64,000 nt of DNA from Bordetella parapertussis (GCA_945862265.1 CAMAXP010000008.1:543-64542), one strand, 5' to 3'; shown: positions 52,248-62,412, counted from the first letter of the stretch. The notes: a model not told the origin generated them from the sequence alone. Program-made: numbers and translations.

Positions 52248-52730
52248 ATGCTGAAAGGCGCTGTCGACATTCAAGTCAAGCTCGATGAACTGCACAAGAC
52301 CGCAGACGATCCGCTTTGGTTGAATGCAAGAAACGCATGGATTCGGGCACTAGCGCCGACCACGGTAGGCAGAATCGGCGAAGAACTAGCGCTCAAGGTG
52401 CTTGGCGGAAACCAAACAAAGAACAATACGGTCGGCTATGACATTGAACTGGAGGATCAGCGCATTGAAGTAAAACTGTCAACCGTCATAAACAACGATG
52501 GCCGACCAATTTTTATCTGGAGACAGATTCGGCCGGCCGATCCGTACACCGATATCTGCTTTGTCGCCGTGTATCCGAACAAGACCCGTATGTTTCTTGT
52601 CCCCAGGGAGAGAATTCCGATAGAGGTACTAAAACCTGGGCACGGCCGGAATGGGTCGCTGGACATCTTTCAGATACACACACGGAGGATCGATGACCTT
52701 TTCCCTTGGATGGTCGATCATGAGCTTTGA
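52248..52730 (+). CDS. Hypothetical protein with PD-(D/E)xK nuclease-like motif, on a low-G+C islet
   Basis: 160 aa. GRIGEELALKVLGG...GYDIELEDQRIEVKLST fits the E...D...E-x-K core of restriction-endonuclease-fold proteins. Codon usage is visibly A+T-richer than the flanks. Confidence 0.45.
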   Translation: MLKGAVDIQVKLDELHKTADDPLWLNARNAWIRALAPTTVGRIGEELALKVLGGNQTKNNTVGYDIELEDQRIEVKLSTVINNDGRPIFIWRQIRPADPYTDICFVAVYPNKTRMFLVPRERIPIEVLKPGHGRNGSLDIFQIHTRRIDDLFPWMVDHEL

Positions 52731-53374
52731 GTCGGGGCCAGAGATGCTTGCTTGTGATCAAGCACGGCGACGACTACATGGTCTGGGACACGGGCTTCCA
52801 GCCGGGCTCGAACCCGAACGCGCCCAAGATCTCGCTTGCCGAGCAGCTCGCGCAGATGAAGGTGAAGCCCGAGCAGGTGAAGTACGTAGGCATCAGCCAC
52901 TACCACGCCGACCACACGGGCCAGCTCAACGCGGTGCCGGGCGCGACGCTCCTCATCGGCGCGAAGGAGTGGGCCGAGATCACGGCGGCCAAGCCCATGG
53001 CGGGCGTGAACGTGGCCGGGTTCACCCACTGGATCAGCGGCGGCGGCGAGGTGGAGCCACAGCCCGCGGACAAGGACGTCTTCGGCGACGGCACGGTGAT
53101 GATCCTGCGCACGCCGGGCCACACGCCCGGCCACATTTCGCTGCTCGTGCGCCTCAAGGACAAGGGCCCGGTGGTCCTGGTCGGCGACCTCGCGCACTTC
53201 CACGAGAACTACCAGAACAACGGCGTGCCGGGCTTCAACTTCGATCGCGCCGATACGCTGGCCTCGCTCGACCGCGTGAAGCAGATCGAGAAGAACCTCA
53301 AGGCCACGGTCATCATCCAGCACGACCCGCGCGACATCGGCAAGCTGCCGGCGTTCCCGGCTTCGGCGAAGTAG
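52727..53374 (+). CDS. Metallo-beta-lactamase-fold hydrolase (AHL-lactonase-like), apparently 5'-truncated
   Basis: ISHYHADHTG (HxHxDH), RTPGHTPGH and GDLAHF motifs. The ORF opens with TTG, and the first ~8 codons are islet-derived sequence ahead of LLVIKHGDDYMVWDTG. Confidence 0.65.
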   Translation: MSRGQRCLLVIKHGDDYMVWDTGFQPGSNPNAPKISLAEQLAQMKVKPEQVKYVGISHYHADHTGQLNAVPGATLLIGAKEWAEITAAKPMAGVNVAGFTHWISGGGEVEPQPADKDVFGDGTVMILRTPGHTPGHISLLVRLKDKGPVVLVGDLAHFHENYQNNGVPGFNFDRADTLASLDRVKQIEKNLKATVIIQHDPRDIGKLPAFPASAK

Positions 53375-53475
53375 GGCAGGGATGGGCGGCCCGGCGAGGG
53401 CCGCCCCGCGGCCTCGGATAAACGGCCTGTCGCCGGTCGCTGGACAGCTATACTCCTTAGGCGTACAGTACCCGG

Positions 53476-53787
53476 ATGTTCACGGTCATCGAAACCCAGG
53501 TGTTTCAGAAGCAATGGCCCAACTACTGGAGTGAAGAGGAACGGGGAGAGTTTGCCGCCTATATCGCGGAGTTTCCAAACGCGGGCGATGTCGTGCCGCA
53601 ATCCGGAGGCGTTCGAAAGGTTCGTTGGCGACGAATGGGCAAAGGGAAATCCGGAGGGGTTCGCGTGATCTACTTCACGCGAATGGTCGAGGAAGAAATC
53701 GTGCTCCTGCTTATTTACTCCAAGGGCAAGACGGACACGATTCCAGGATCCAAATTGAAGGAGGTACGCCGTGTCATCGAAAGCTAA
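53476..53787 (+). CDS. Type II toxin, RelE/HigB-2-like
   Basis: 103 aa, GGVRKVRWRRMGKGKSGGVRVIYFTRMVEEEIVLLLIYSKGKTDTI. Overlaps the downstream HTH antitoxin by 17 nt. Confidence 0.8.
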   Translation: MFTVIETQVFQKQWPNYWSEEERGEFAAYIAEFPNAGDVVPQSGGVRKVRWRRMGKGKSGGVRVIYFTRMVEEEIVLLLIYSKGKTDTIPGSKLKEVRRVIES

Positions 53788-54088
53788 ACCGCTCACCGAG
53801 GCTAAGCTGCGGGCCTACGAGGCCAAGCGCGACCTCGGCGCTGAACTGCTCGAGTCCGTGAAGCAGATGAAAGCAGGAAAGACGCAGGTGGTGCTGTCGC
53901 CCGCCATCGAGGCGCGAGAGCGCACGGGGTTGTCGCAATCGCAATTCGCGAAGCTGCTGGGCGTGTCGGTTCGCACGCTTCAAGGCTGGGAGCAGGGCCG
54001 CAAGCAACCCAGCGGTGCCGCGCGCACTTTGCTTACCATTGCGCAGACCAACCCCAAGGCCTTGCTCGCCGTGGCCGGCAAACAGTAA
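53771..54088 (+). CDS. XRE-family HTH antitoxin (HigA-2/COG2944-like)
   Basis: RERTGLSQSQFAKLLGVSVRTLQGWEQGRKQPSGAARTLL HTH. Positioned downstream of and overlapping the toxin. Confidence 0.8.
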   Translation: MSSKAKPLTEAKLRAYEAKRDLGAELLESVKQMKAGKTQVVLSPAIEARERTGLSQSQFAKLLGVSVRTLQGWEQGRKQPSGAARTLLTIAQTNPKALLAVAGKQ

Positions 54089-54104
54089 AAGTGGGGGATT
54101 AAAC

Positions 54105-54392
54105 GTGCAAACGCATGACCAACTGGTAAAGAAGCTGCTGCGTCGTCCTGGCGTACGGGCCGAAGTCGAACGGATCGAGCGCGAGGAAGGCGCGTTGCTG
54201 GATGCCCTGCTCAAGGCGCGCCAGGACGCGGGCCTTAGGCAGGCGCAGGTCGCTGAGCGAATGGGAACTCATGCCCCGGCAGTGGCGCGCCTAGAGCGGT
54301 CGTTGGCAACGGGAAAGCACTGCCCGTCAATTGCGACAGTGCGAAGGTACGTCAAGGCGTGCGGCAAGAAGCTGGTTCTCCGGGTGACTTGA
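54105..54392 (+). CDS. XRE-family HTH antitoxin-like protein without adjacent toxin
   Basis: GTG start. LRQAQVAERMGTHAPAVARLERSLATGKHCPSIATVRRYVKACGKKLVLRV resembles TA antidote proteins. Confidence 0.55.
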   Translation: MQTHDQLVKKLLRRPGVRAEVERIEREEGALLDALLKARQDAGLRQAQVAERMGTHAPAVARLERSLATGKHCPSIATVRRYVKACGKKLVLRVT

Positions 54393-54442
54393 GGAAACCG
54401 AAGACGAAATTCACATCATCTCCATGCGAAAAGCGGAACTCC

Positions 54443-54724
54443 ATGAAATCGAAACGCTTGCCCGCTACCTCTAAGCAGCCACGCCTGCGCGTTGGCCTTA
54501 AGGGTGTCAGCCGGGAACAATTCTCCGCTGCAGTCAGTGAACGCCTGGGCAAGCAGCGCGTTTCAATCATGCTGGATGGCGCGATCATCGCTTTCTTCAA
54601 GGCCAAGGCCGGGGAGCGCGGCTACCAGACGCTCATCAATCAGGCGCTGCACCAGGCGATGACTGGCGAGCAGATTGAATCCACCCTTCGCCGGGTGATC
54701 CGCGAAGAACTTCATACGACGTGA
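54443..54724 (+). CDS. BrnA/DUF4415-like antitoxin-type protein without adjacent BrnT
   Basis: VSIMLDGAIIAFFKAKAGERGYQTLINQALHQAM matches the characteristic BrnA C-terminus (GYQTxIN). Confidence 0.55.
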   Translation: MKSKRLPATSKQPRLRVGLKGVSREQFSAAVSERLGKQRVSIMLDGAIIAFFKAKAGERGYQTLINQALHQAMTGEQIESTLRRVIREELHTT

Positions 54725-54772
54725 GGTATTCGCGATCGGTAACTCGACGATGACGAGTTCAGGAAGAGGCCA

Positions 54773-55090
54773 TTGACGATGCGAAAGATGACTGAAAAGC
54801 AACTCAAGAAGTGGGAGCAATCCCGCGATATCGGCGCGGAAATCCTCCAGGGAGTTCGTGACATCAAAGCCGGTCGAATCGGCCGCCGCTACACGATAGA
54901 GTCCTATCCAATAATCCGGGCCAGGGAGAAGTCAGGACTGTCTCAGGCGGAGTTTGCTCAATTGCTGGGTGTCTCGGTTCGGACCATCCAGGACTGGGAG
55001 CAAGGGCGTCGCGAGCCCAATGCCGCCGCAAAGACTCTGATTAAGGTTGCGGAACTTCACCCATCGGTGCTGCGCAAGATTGCAGCGTGA
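54773..55090 (+). CDS. XRE-family HTH antitoxin, paralogue of 53771..54088, without toxin
   Basis: REKSGLSQAEFAQLLGVSVRTIQDWEQGRREPNAAAKTLI is collinear with the antitoxin at 53771. Confidence 0.7.
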   Translation: MTMRKMTEKQLKKWEQSRDIGAEILQGVRDIKAGRIGRRYTIESYPIIRAREKSGLSQAEFAQLLGVSVRTIQDWEQGRREPNAAAKTLIKVAELHPSVLRKIAA

Positions 55091-55102
55091 AGAGGTGGGG
55101 CT

Positions 55103-55522
55103 TTAAGGCCGGATGTAGGCCCAGCCCTCGCGCTGCTTCTGCATGATCTCCACCACGCCGGCATTGACGTAGCCGATTCCGCCCAGCATTTCGCCGCGAG
55201 CGATCTTCTGGTTGCGCATGGTGTTCTCGCACGCCACTACTTTCACGCCTTCCTTCATTGCCTGGGAAACGCCTCCGCTGGCTTCCGAATCCAGCTTCAG
55301 CATGCCGATCCCCGGGCCGTAGGCGACGACCTCGACCTCCACGTTGGCGGCGCCGAGGTCCTGCTGGACGTTGCGGGCGTTGTTGAGCGCCAGCCTCCAT
55401 TTCCCCGGTTCCGCGTCGCTGACCTGGATGACGAGGCGCGCCTTGCCCGGTGCGGTCTGGGCATGAGCGAAGTGGGCGGAGAAGAAAGCTAAGGCGAGTG
55501 CAAGGGCCGCGAGGGCTTTCAT
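55103..55522 (-). CDS. Secreted DsrE/DsrF-like (COG1416-type) protein
   Basis: Signal peptide, then RLVIQVSD...VEVVAYGPGIGML...VACENTM...AGVVEIMQKQREGWAYIRP. Confidence 0.65.
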   Translation of the reverse strand: MKALAALALALAFFSAHFAHAQTAPGKARLVIQVSDAEPGKWRLALNNARNVQQDLGAANVEVEVVAYGPGIGMLKLDSEASGGVSQAMKEGVKVVACENTMRNQKIARGEMLGGIGYVNAGVVEIMQKQREGWAYIRP

Positions 55523-55534
55523 CGGGAGACTCCG

Positions 55535-56092
55535 TTATCGGGCGCCTGCGCGCTCAAGGGTGGACGCAATAGTGGCATACCCGCGTCGCTTCGCGTGCTG
55601 CAGCGGCGTGACGCCGTCGCGGTCGGGCAGGGACGGGTTCGCGCCGTGTGACACCAGCAACCGCACGATCTCGGCATGCTTCGCGCCGCCGTCCCCGAGG
55701 ATCACGGCCTCCAGCAGCGCGGTCCAGCCGAGGTTGTTGACGTGGTTGACGTCGACCTTCGTCTTCAGCATCTCGCGCACGGTATCGACGTGCCCGTAGT
55801 GGCAGGCGGGGATCAGCGCGGTCCCCCCATAACGATTGGTGCTCTTCAGGTCAGCGCCCGCGGCCAGGGTCAGTTTGAGAACCTCGGTGCGGCCACGCGC
55901 GCCGGCGATGAGGTAGGCGCTGTTCCGGTTCTCGTCCTGCGCGTTGACGTTGCCGCCTTCGCCGATCAGGCGCTGCACCGTGGCGGCGTCCCCGCGCTCG
56001 GCGGCGGCTATGAGCGCCCGGTCGAGGTCACGCAGCTGGGCCTGGGCAGGCATGGCGAGCGCGAGCAGCAGGGCCGGTAGCAGCAGCCGCAT
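55535..56092 (-). CDS. Secreted ankyrin-repeat protein
   Basis: Signal peptide MRLLLPALLLALAMPAQA followed by about four ANK repeats (GADLKSTNRYGGTALIPACHYGHVDTV...). Confidence 0.8.
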   Translation of the reverse strand: MRLLLPALLLALAMPAQAQLRDLDRALIAAAERGDAATVQRLIGEGGNVNAQDENRNSAYLIAGARGRTEVLKLTLAAGADLKSTNRYGGTALIPACHYGHVDTVREMLKTKVDVNHVNNLGWTALLEAVILGDGGAKHAEIVRLLVSHGANPSLPDRDGVTPLQHAKRRGYATIASTLERAGAR

Positions 56093-56123
56093 CCTGTAGA
56101 GTGCGTGTCGTGTCGCAACTAAC

Positions 56124-57119
56124 ATGGCGGGAATGATTATGGCGCAAACCACAAACCGGGTGACCCGGCTGGCGTTGGGGTTGATCCTGGCCCTCGTGAC
56201 GACGGTGTCCCTCGCGCAGGGCTATCCGAACAAGCCGATCCGCATGATCGTGCCCTGGCCGCCCACCGGCACGGTCGACATCCTCGGCCGCACGCTCGGC
56301 CAGAAGCTGGGCGACCTCTTGGGCCAATCCATCGTCATCGACAACCGCGGCGGCGCGAACGGGATGATCGGCACCGACATGGCCGCCAAGGCCGCGCCCG
56401 ACGGCTACACGATCCTCGTCGAGAACATCACCGGCCAGACCATCAACGCCGCGCTGCACGAAAAGAAGGCCTTCGACCTCTACAAAGACCTGACCCCGGT
56501 GAGCCTGCTCGCGTGGGTGCCTAACGGCGTGGTCAGCCTGCCGACGCTGCCCGCAAAAAACATCCAGGAGCTCATCGCGCTAGCCAAGGCTCAGCCGGGC
56601 AAGCTCACCTACGCGTCGTTCGGCATCGGCAGCAGCGCGCACCTGACCTTCGAAATGTTCAAGGGCATGACCAGCGTGGACATGCTGCACGTGCCGTACA
56701 AGGGCGGCGGCCCGGCGATCGCCGACCTGCTGGCCGGGCAGGTGTCGATCTACATCCCGGTGCTGCCGTCGGTGGTGGCGCTCTCCAAGTCCGGCAAGCT
56801 GCGGCTGCTGGCCGTGACCGGGGCCAAGCGTTCCTCGGCGCTGCCCGACACGCCCACGGTGGCCGAATCCGGCGTGCCGGGATTCGAGGCGAGCAACTGG
56901 TTCGGCCTGATGGTGCCGGTCGGCACGCCCGCCGATATCATTGCGCGCCTCAATGCCGAGGCCGGCCGCGCGATGCTGTCGCCGGACGTGAAGGAGAAGC
57001 TCGGCGGGCTGGGGTTCGAAGTCCAGTCCAGCACCCCGCCGGAATTCGGCGCATTCCTGCGCAAGGAAGGCGACAAGTGGGCCAAGGTGGTCAAGTCGTC
57101 CGGCGCGAAGGCGGAATAG
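56124..57119 (+). CDS. Bug/TctC-family substrate-binding protein
   Basis: Signal peptide plus YPNKPIRMIVPWPPTG. Full length (331 aa). The exact start is ambiguous (56124, 56133 or 56139). Confidence 0.85.
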   Translation: MAGMIMAQTTNRVTRLALGLILALVTTVSLAQGYPNKPIRMIVPWPPTGTVDILGRTLGQKLGDLLGQSIVIDNRGGANGMIGTDMAAKAAPDGYTILVENITGQTINAALHEKKAFDLYKDLTPVSLLAWVPNGVVSLPTLPAKNIQELIALAKAQPGKLTYASFGIGSSAHLTFEMFKGMTSVDMLHVPYKGGGPAIADLLAGQVSIYIPVLPSVVALSKSGKLRLLAVTGAKRSSALPDTPTVAESGVPGFEASNWFGLMVPVGTPADIIARLNAEAGRAMLSPDVKEKLGGLGFEVQSSTPPEFGAFLRKEGDKWAKVVKSSGAKAE

Positions 57120-57166
57120 GGGCGCCAACCTGAGATAATCGGGTTTTACCTCCGCAGGGGCAGTCC

Positions 57167-58834
<1,668 letters not shown>

Positions 58835-58920
58835 AATGGAAAGACAACTGCCGTGAAAGCGGCTCCAGGCGGCGACTTCTGAACGTTAAAGTGTAACTTT
58901 ATAGTCGTTCTTGGCCAGAA

Positions 58921-58947
58921 CTTGAGGTCGCAATTTGCGACCTCAAG
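58921..58947 (+). terminator. Perfect hairpin downstream of ettA (possible terminator; no T-run)
   Basis: CTTGAGGTCGCAA-T-TTGCGACCTCAAG, with 13-nt complementary arms. Confidence 0.35.
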
Positions 58948-58981
58948 ATTGCAAGCCCTTGATTGGTAAGCTGGGATTAAT

Positions 58982-59073
58982 GGGGTCAGAGTCGACTTAT
59001 TCGACCCCGACCCCCGAGTACCGCTCAGCCGCGCTTCTTGCCTTCCAGTGCAAGGAAAGTCGACTCTGACCCC
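58982..59073. repeat. Second copy of the MITE/REP-like element (intergenic)
   Basis: Perfect 17-bp terminal inverted repeats GGGGTCAGAGTCGACTT and AAGTCGACTCTGACCCC. The same terminal motif (AATCGGGGTCAGAGTCGA) occurs in the uvrA insertion. The internal sequence differs. Confidence 0.55.
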
Positions 59074-59144
59074 GATTTTCAGAATCCAACTCAACGACCA
59101 GTCGGTGTTAGATTGCGGGCAAAGAAGACCCAGGGGAGACAAGG

Positions 59145-60020
59145 ATGCAGCAGGCCGTCCTGATGATGGTGCTCGCGACCATGGTGTACACCGTGTCGCT
59201 CGACCTGCGCGTCGCCGACTTCCGCTACGTCGCCACGCACCCGGTCGCGGTGTGCGTCGGGCTGGTGTCGCAGTTCGTGCTGCTGCCGGGGGCGACGCTG
59301 CTCGCCACGCTGGTGCTCGAGCTGCCGCCCGCCACAGAGGCGGCCATGATGCTGGTGGCGGCCTGCCCGGGCGGGGCGCTGTCCAACGTGATCACGCACC
59401 TCGGGCGCGGCAACCTCGCTCTGTCGCTGTCCATCTCCGCCGTGAGCAACGTCCTCGCGTTGCTCCTGACGCCGCTGAACTTCACGCTGATGATCGCTGC
59501 CAACCCGGAGACGGCCGCATGGGCGCGTTCGATCTCGGTGGACCCGGCCGGCCTCGTGCAGAGCCTGGTTCTTCTGCTCGCGTTGCCGATGACGGCTGCG
59601 ATGCTGACCACGCGCAACATCCCGGGCTTCGCGCTTCGCATCCGGGTGCCTCTGGCCCGCTTTGCCGGCTTCGCCCTGATCGCCTTCATCGTGCTCGCCG
59701 TCGCGGCCCAGTGGAAAGTGTTCCTGGTCGAAGTCACGCGCACGCTGCCGCTGGTGGTGGTCCAGAACGCCCTGGGCCTCGGGCTAGGCTACGGGGCTTC
59801 GGTCCTCGCGAAGATCGCCGTGGCCGACCGGCGCGCGGTGATCGTCGAGAGCGGCATGCAGAACTCCGGCCTCGCTCTGGGTATCATTGCTTCGCAGTTC
59901 AGCTCGGACCTCGCCATGGTGGCGGTGGCGGGCCTGTGGGGCATCTGGCACATCGTGTCTGGCGGGGCGCTGGCCATGCTGTGGCGGCGCCTCGACAAGG
60001 GGGAGCCTGCAAATGCTTGA
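59145..60020 (+). CDS. Bile acid:sodium symporter (BASS/SBF) family transporter
   Basis: 291-aa polytopic protein with CPGGALSNVITHL and ESGMQNSGLALGI motifs. Confidence 0.8.
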   Translation: MQQAVLMMVLATMVYTVSLDLRVADFRYVATHPVAVCVGLVSQFVLLPGATLLATLVLELPPATEAAMMLVAACPGGALSNVITHLGRGNLALSLSISAVSNVLALLLTPLNFTLMIAANPETAAWARSISVDPAGLVQSLVLLLALPMTAAMLTTRNIPGFALRIRVPLARFAGFALIAFIVLAVAAQWKVFLVEVTRTLPLVVVQNALGLGLGYGASVLAKIAVADRRAVIVESGMQNSGLALGIIASQFSSDLAMVAVAGLWGIWHIVSGGALAMLWRRLDKGEPANA

Positions 60021-61791
60021 CCTGGTGATTCGCGGCGGGACGGTTTACGACGGCTCGGGCGCGCCGGGGCAGACGGCCGACATCGGCATTCGGGACGGCA
60101 AGGTCGAGGAGATCGGCAAGGTCACCTCCGTTGCGCAGAAAACCATCGACGCGACCGGCGCCATCGTCACGCCGGGGTTCGTCGACATCCACACCCACTA
60201 CGACGGGCAGGCCTCGTGGGACGAGACCTTCAGCCCGAGCATCTACCACGGCGTCACCACGGTGGTGATGGGCAACTGCGGCGTGGGGTTTGCGCCGGTG
60301 CAGAAAGGCGAGGAATCGCGGCTGGTGCAGTTGATGGAAGGCGTGGAGGAGATTCCCGGCGCCGTGCTGGCCGAAGGCGTGCGCTGGGGCTGGAAGAGCT
60401 TCACCGACTACGCGAATGTGCTCGACGCCATGGGGCATAGCCTCGATTTCATGACGTTGGTGCCGCACGACTGCCTGCGCCTTTTCGTGATGGGCGACCG
60501 TGCCGCGAACCTCGAGGCCGCCACGCCGGACGACCTGAAGCGCATGCGCGAACTGCTGCGCGAGGCCCTGCAGGCGGGCGCGGCGGGGTTTTCCACCGGG
60601 CGCTCGGACAACCACCGCACCTCCAAGGGCCAGGACACGCCGGCTGCCGTCGCCGCGAAGGAAGAACTGGTCGAACTGGCGGGCGCCTACGACGGATTGC
60701 CCTACCGCGTGATGCACGCGGTAAGCGACTTCGACTGCATGCGCGGCGATCCTGCAGGCCAGCGGGCGAGGTTCGATGCCGAGTACGACCTGCTCGAAGC
60801 CGTGGCCCGCCGGACCGGCCGGCCGCTGGCGTTGACCTGGCTCGAGCGCGTCAATGCGCCGCCGCAATGGCAATGGCTGGCGGAGCGGGCGCAGGCCTCG
60901 AAGGCCAACGGCCTGGACATCCGCCTGCAGACCGGTTGCCGCGCGATCGGCGTGATGAACGGGCTCGACACCAGCTTCAACATCTTTATGGCGATGCCGA
61001 CCTACCAGGAGTTCGCCGCGCTGCCACTGCCCGAGCGGGCCGCGCGCCTGCGCGATCCGGCCGTCAAGGCACGGATCCTCGCCGAGAAGCCGGTGCGGCT
61101 CGCGCGCGACGGCTCACCCATCCCGCCGCTCGTGGACCAGATCCTCGCGCAGCTCGACCAGATGGCGGCGCTGATGTTCCCGCTCAAGGTCGGCGCGAGC
61201 GGCCCGGACTACGAACCGCTGCCGACGGAGTCGTTTGCCGCGCGCGCGGCTGCACGCGGGGTCAAGGCTTTCGAGGTGCTCTACGACTACCTCGCCGAAG
61301 GCGACGGCACGAACCTCATCTACTTCCCGATCTTCAATTACCTGCGCGGGTCGCTGGAGACCGTGCGCACGATGCTCGAGCACCCGCAGGCGCTGCATGC
61401 GCTCTCGGACGCGGGGGCGCATGTGGGTACCGTGTGCGACGCGAGCTTCCCGACCAGCCTGCTGGCGCACTGGACGCGCGACCGCTCACGTGGGCCGAAG
61501 CTCGCGCTGGAGAAGGCGATTGCGATGCTGACCTCGCGCAACGCACAGCACATGGGGCTGAAGGACCGCGGCGTGCTGCAGGTGGGCATGCGCGCGGACA
61601 TCAACGTCATCGACTACGCGAAGGTCGGGCCGCTAATGCCTGAGATCGTGCGCGACCTGCCGGCGGGGGGGAGGAGGTTTGTGCAGCGGGCTACTGGATA
61701 CATTGCTACCGTTGTTAATGGTGAGGTGGTGTGTGCCGAAGGAAAAATTACCGAGGCGAGGCCCGGTAGGTGGCTGAAGGCTGGCGGCTGA
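60013..61791 (+). CDS. D-aminoacylase-family amidohydrolase (N-acyl-D-amino-acid deacylase-like)
   Basis: [16 protein letters not shown]...[12 protein letters not shown]...[15 protein letters not shown]. The start overlaps the BASS gene by 8 nt. Confidence 0.85.
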   Translation: MLDLVIRGGTVYDGSGAPGQTADIGIRDGKVEEIGKVTSVAQKTIDATGAIVTPGFVDIHTHYDGQASWDETFSPSIYHGVTTVVMGNCGVGFAPVQKGEESRLVQLMEGVEEIPGAVLAEGVRWGWKSFTDYANVLDAMGHSLDFMTLVPHDCLRLFVMGDRAANLEAATPDDLKRMRELLREALQAGAAGFSTGRSDNHRTSKGQDTPAAVAAKEELVELAGAYDGLPYRVMHAVSDFDCMRGDPAGQRARFDAEYDLLEAVARRTGRPLALTWLERVNAPPQWQWLAERAQASKANGLDIRLQTGCRAIGVMNGLDTSFNIFMAMPTYQEFAALPLPERAARLRDPAVKARILAEKPVRLARDGSPIPPLVDQILAQLDQMAALMFPLKVGASGPDYEPLPTESFAARAAARGVKAFEVLYDYLAEGDGTNLIYFPIFNYLRGSLETVRTMLEHPQALHALSDAGAHVGTVCDASFPTSLLAHWTRDRSRGPKLALEKAIAMLTSRNAQHMGLKDRGVLQVGMRADINVIDYAKVGPLMPEIVRDLPAGGRRFVQRATGYIATVVNGEVVCAEGKITEARPGRWLKAGG

Positions 61792-61810
61792 GCGGGTTTG
61801 GTTTCCCCGC

Positions 61811-61878
61811 TCTCCTTGATTTGAGAGTTTTTGCGTTTGCGCGAATGCGCAAACACGTAAACTCTCAAATCAAGGAGA
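61811..61878. repeat. 68-bp nested perfect palindrome (20-bp outer arms plus 8-bp inner stem)
   Basis: TCTCCTTGATTTGAGAGTTT (61811-30) pairs with AAACTCTCAAATCAAGGAGA (61859-78). The inner stem is GTTTGCGC-GAAT-GCGCAAAC. Intergenic and A+T-rich. Confidence 0.6.
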
Positions 61879-61923
61879 TTCATTAACGTCAAACCCTGGA
61901 AGGCCTTAACTACGGAGCTGACA

Positions 61924-62412
61924 GTGCCCGAACACCTGCACCCCATTCACTCAAGCCTTTCCCTCGCGGCGGCCGAGCGCATCATCGACGCGGCCCTTGC
62001 GGCACGCCGCGCGGAGGGCCTGCTTCCCCTCGTGGTAGCGGTGCTCGACGCGGGCGGCAACCTCGTCGCCTTCAAGCGCGAAGACGGCTCCGGCGTGCTT
62101 CGCTTCGACATCGCCTTCGGCAAGGCCTGGGCCGCGCTCGGCATGGGCATGTCCACGCGCCTGATCCGCGACCGCCTCGCGCAACGCCCGGCCTTCCAGG
62201 GCGCGCTGGCAACGGCTTCGGACGGGCGGTTCATCCCGGTGCCGGGCGGCGTGCTGGTCCTCGACTCGGCGGGTACGGCGGTGGGCTCAGTCGGTATCAG
62301 TGGCGACGCCTCGGACAAAGACGAGTACTGCGCGATCGTGGGCATCCACGCGGCAGGCTACGGAAGCGAACCCGCGGCGCCGAATCCCGACTGGAAGAAG
62401 GCGGGCCTATGA
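61924..62412 (+). CDS. GlcG/HbpS-like (DUF336) heme-binding protein
   Basis: AVLDAGGNLVAFKREDG...FGKAWAA...GGVLV...GSVGISGDASDKDEYCA. GTG start. Confidence 0.8.
   Translation: MPEHLHPIHSSLSLAAAERIIDAALAARRAEGLLPLVVAVLDAGGNLVAFKREDGSGVLRFDIAFGKAWAALGMGMSTRLIRDRLAQRPAFQGALATASDGRFIPVPGGVLVLDSAGTAVGSVGISGDASDKDEYCAIVGIHAAGYGSEPAAPNPDWKKAGL

Noticed and set aside
53209-53796. 195-aa minus-strand ORF spanning the MBL 3' end and the RelE-like toxin
   Set aside because: It is antisense to two well-supported genes and has no motifs.
51934-55100. Looked for an integrase, transposase, tRNA/tmRNA attachment site or flanking direct repeats that would define the low-G+C islets as a genomic island or prophage remnant
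   Set aside because: I could not identify any by eye, so the regions are reported only as compositional islets.
59048-60028. 326-aa plus-strand ORF starting inside the MITE copy
   Set aside because: It is out of frame with the BASS transporter gene and Arg/Gly/Ala-rich. The transporter frame has clear TM segments and family motifs.
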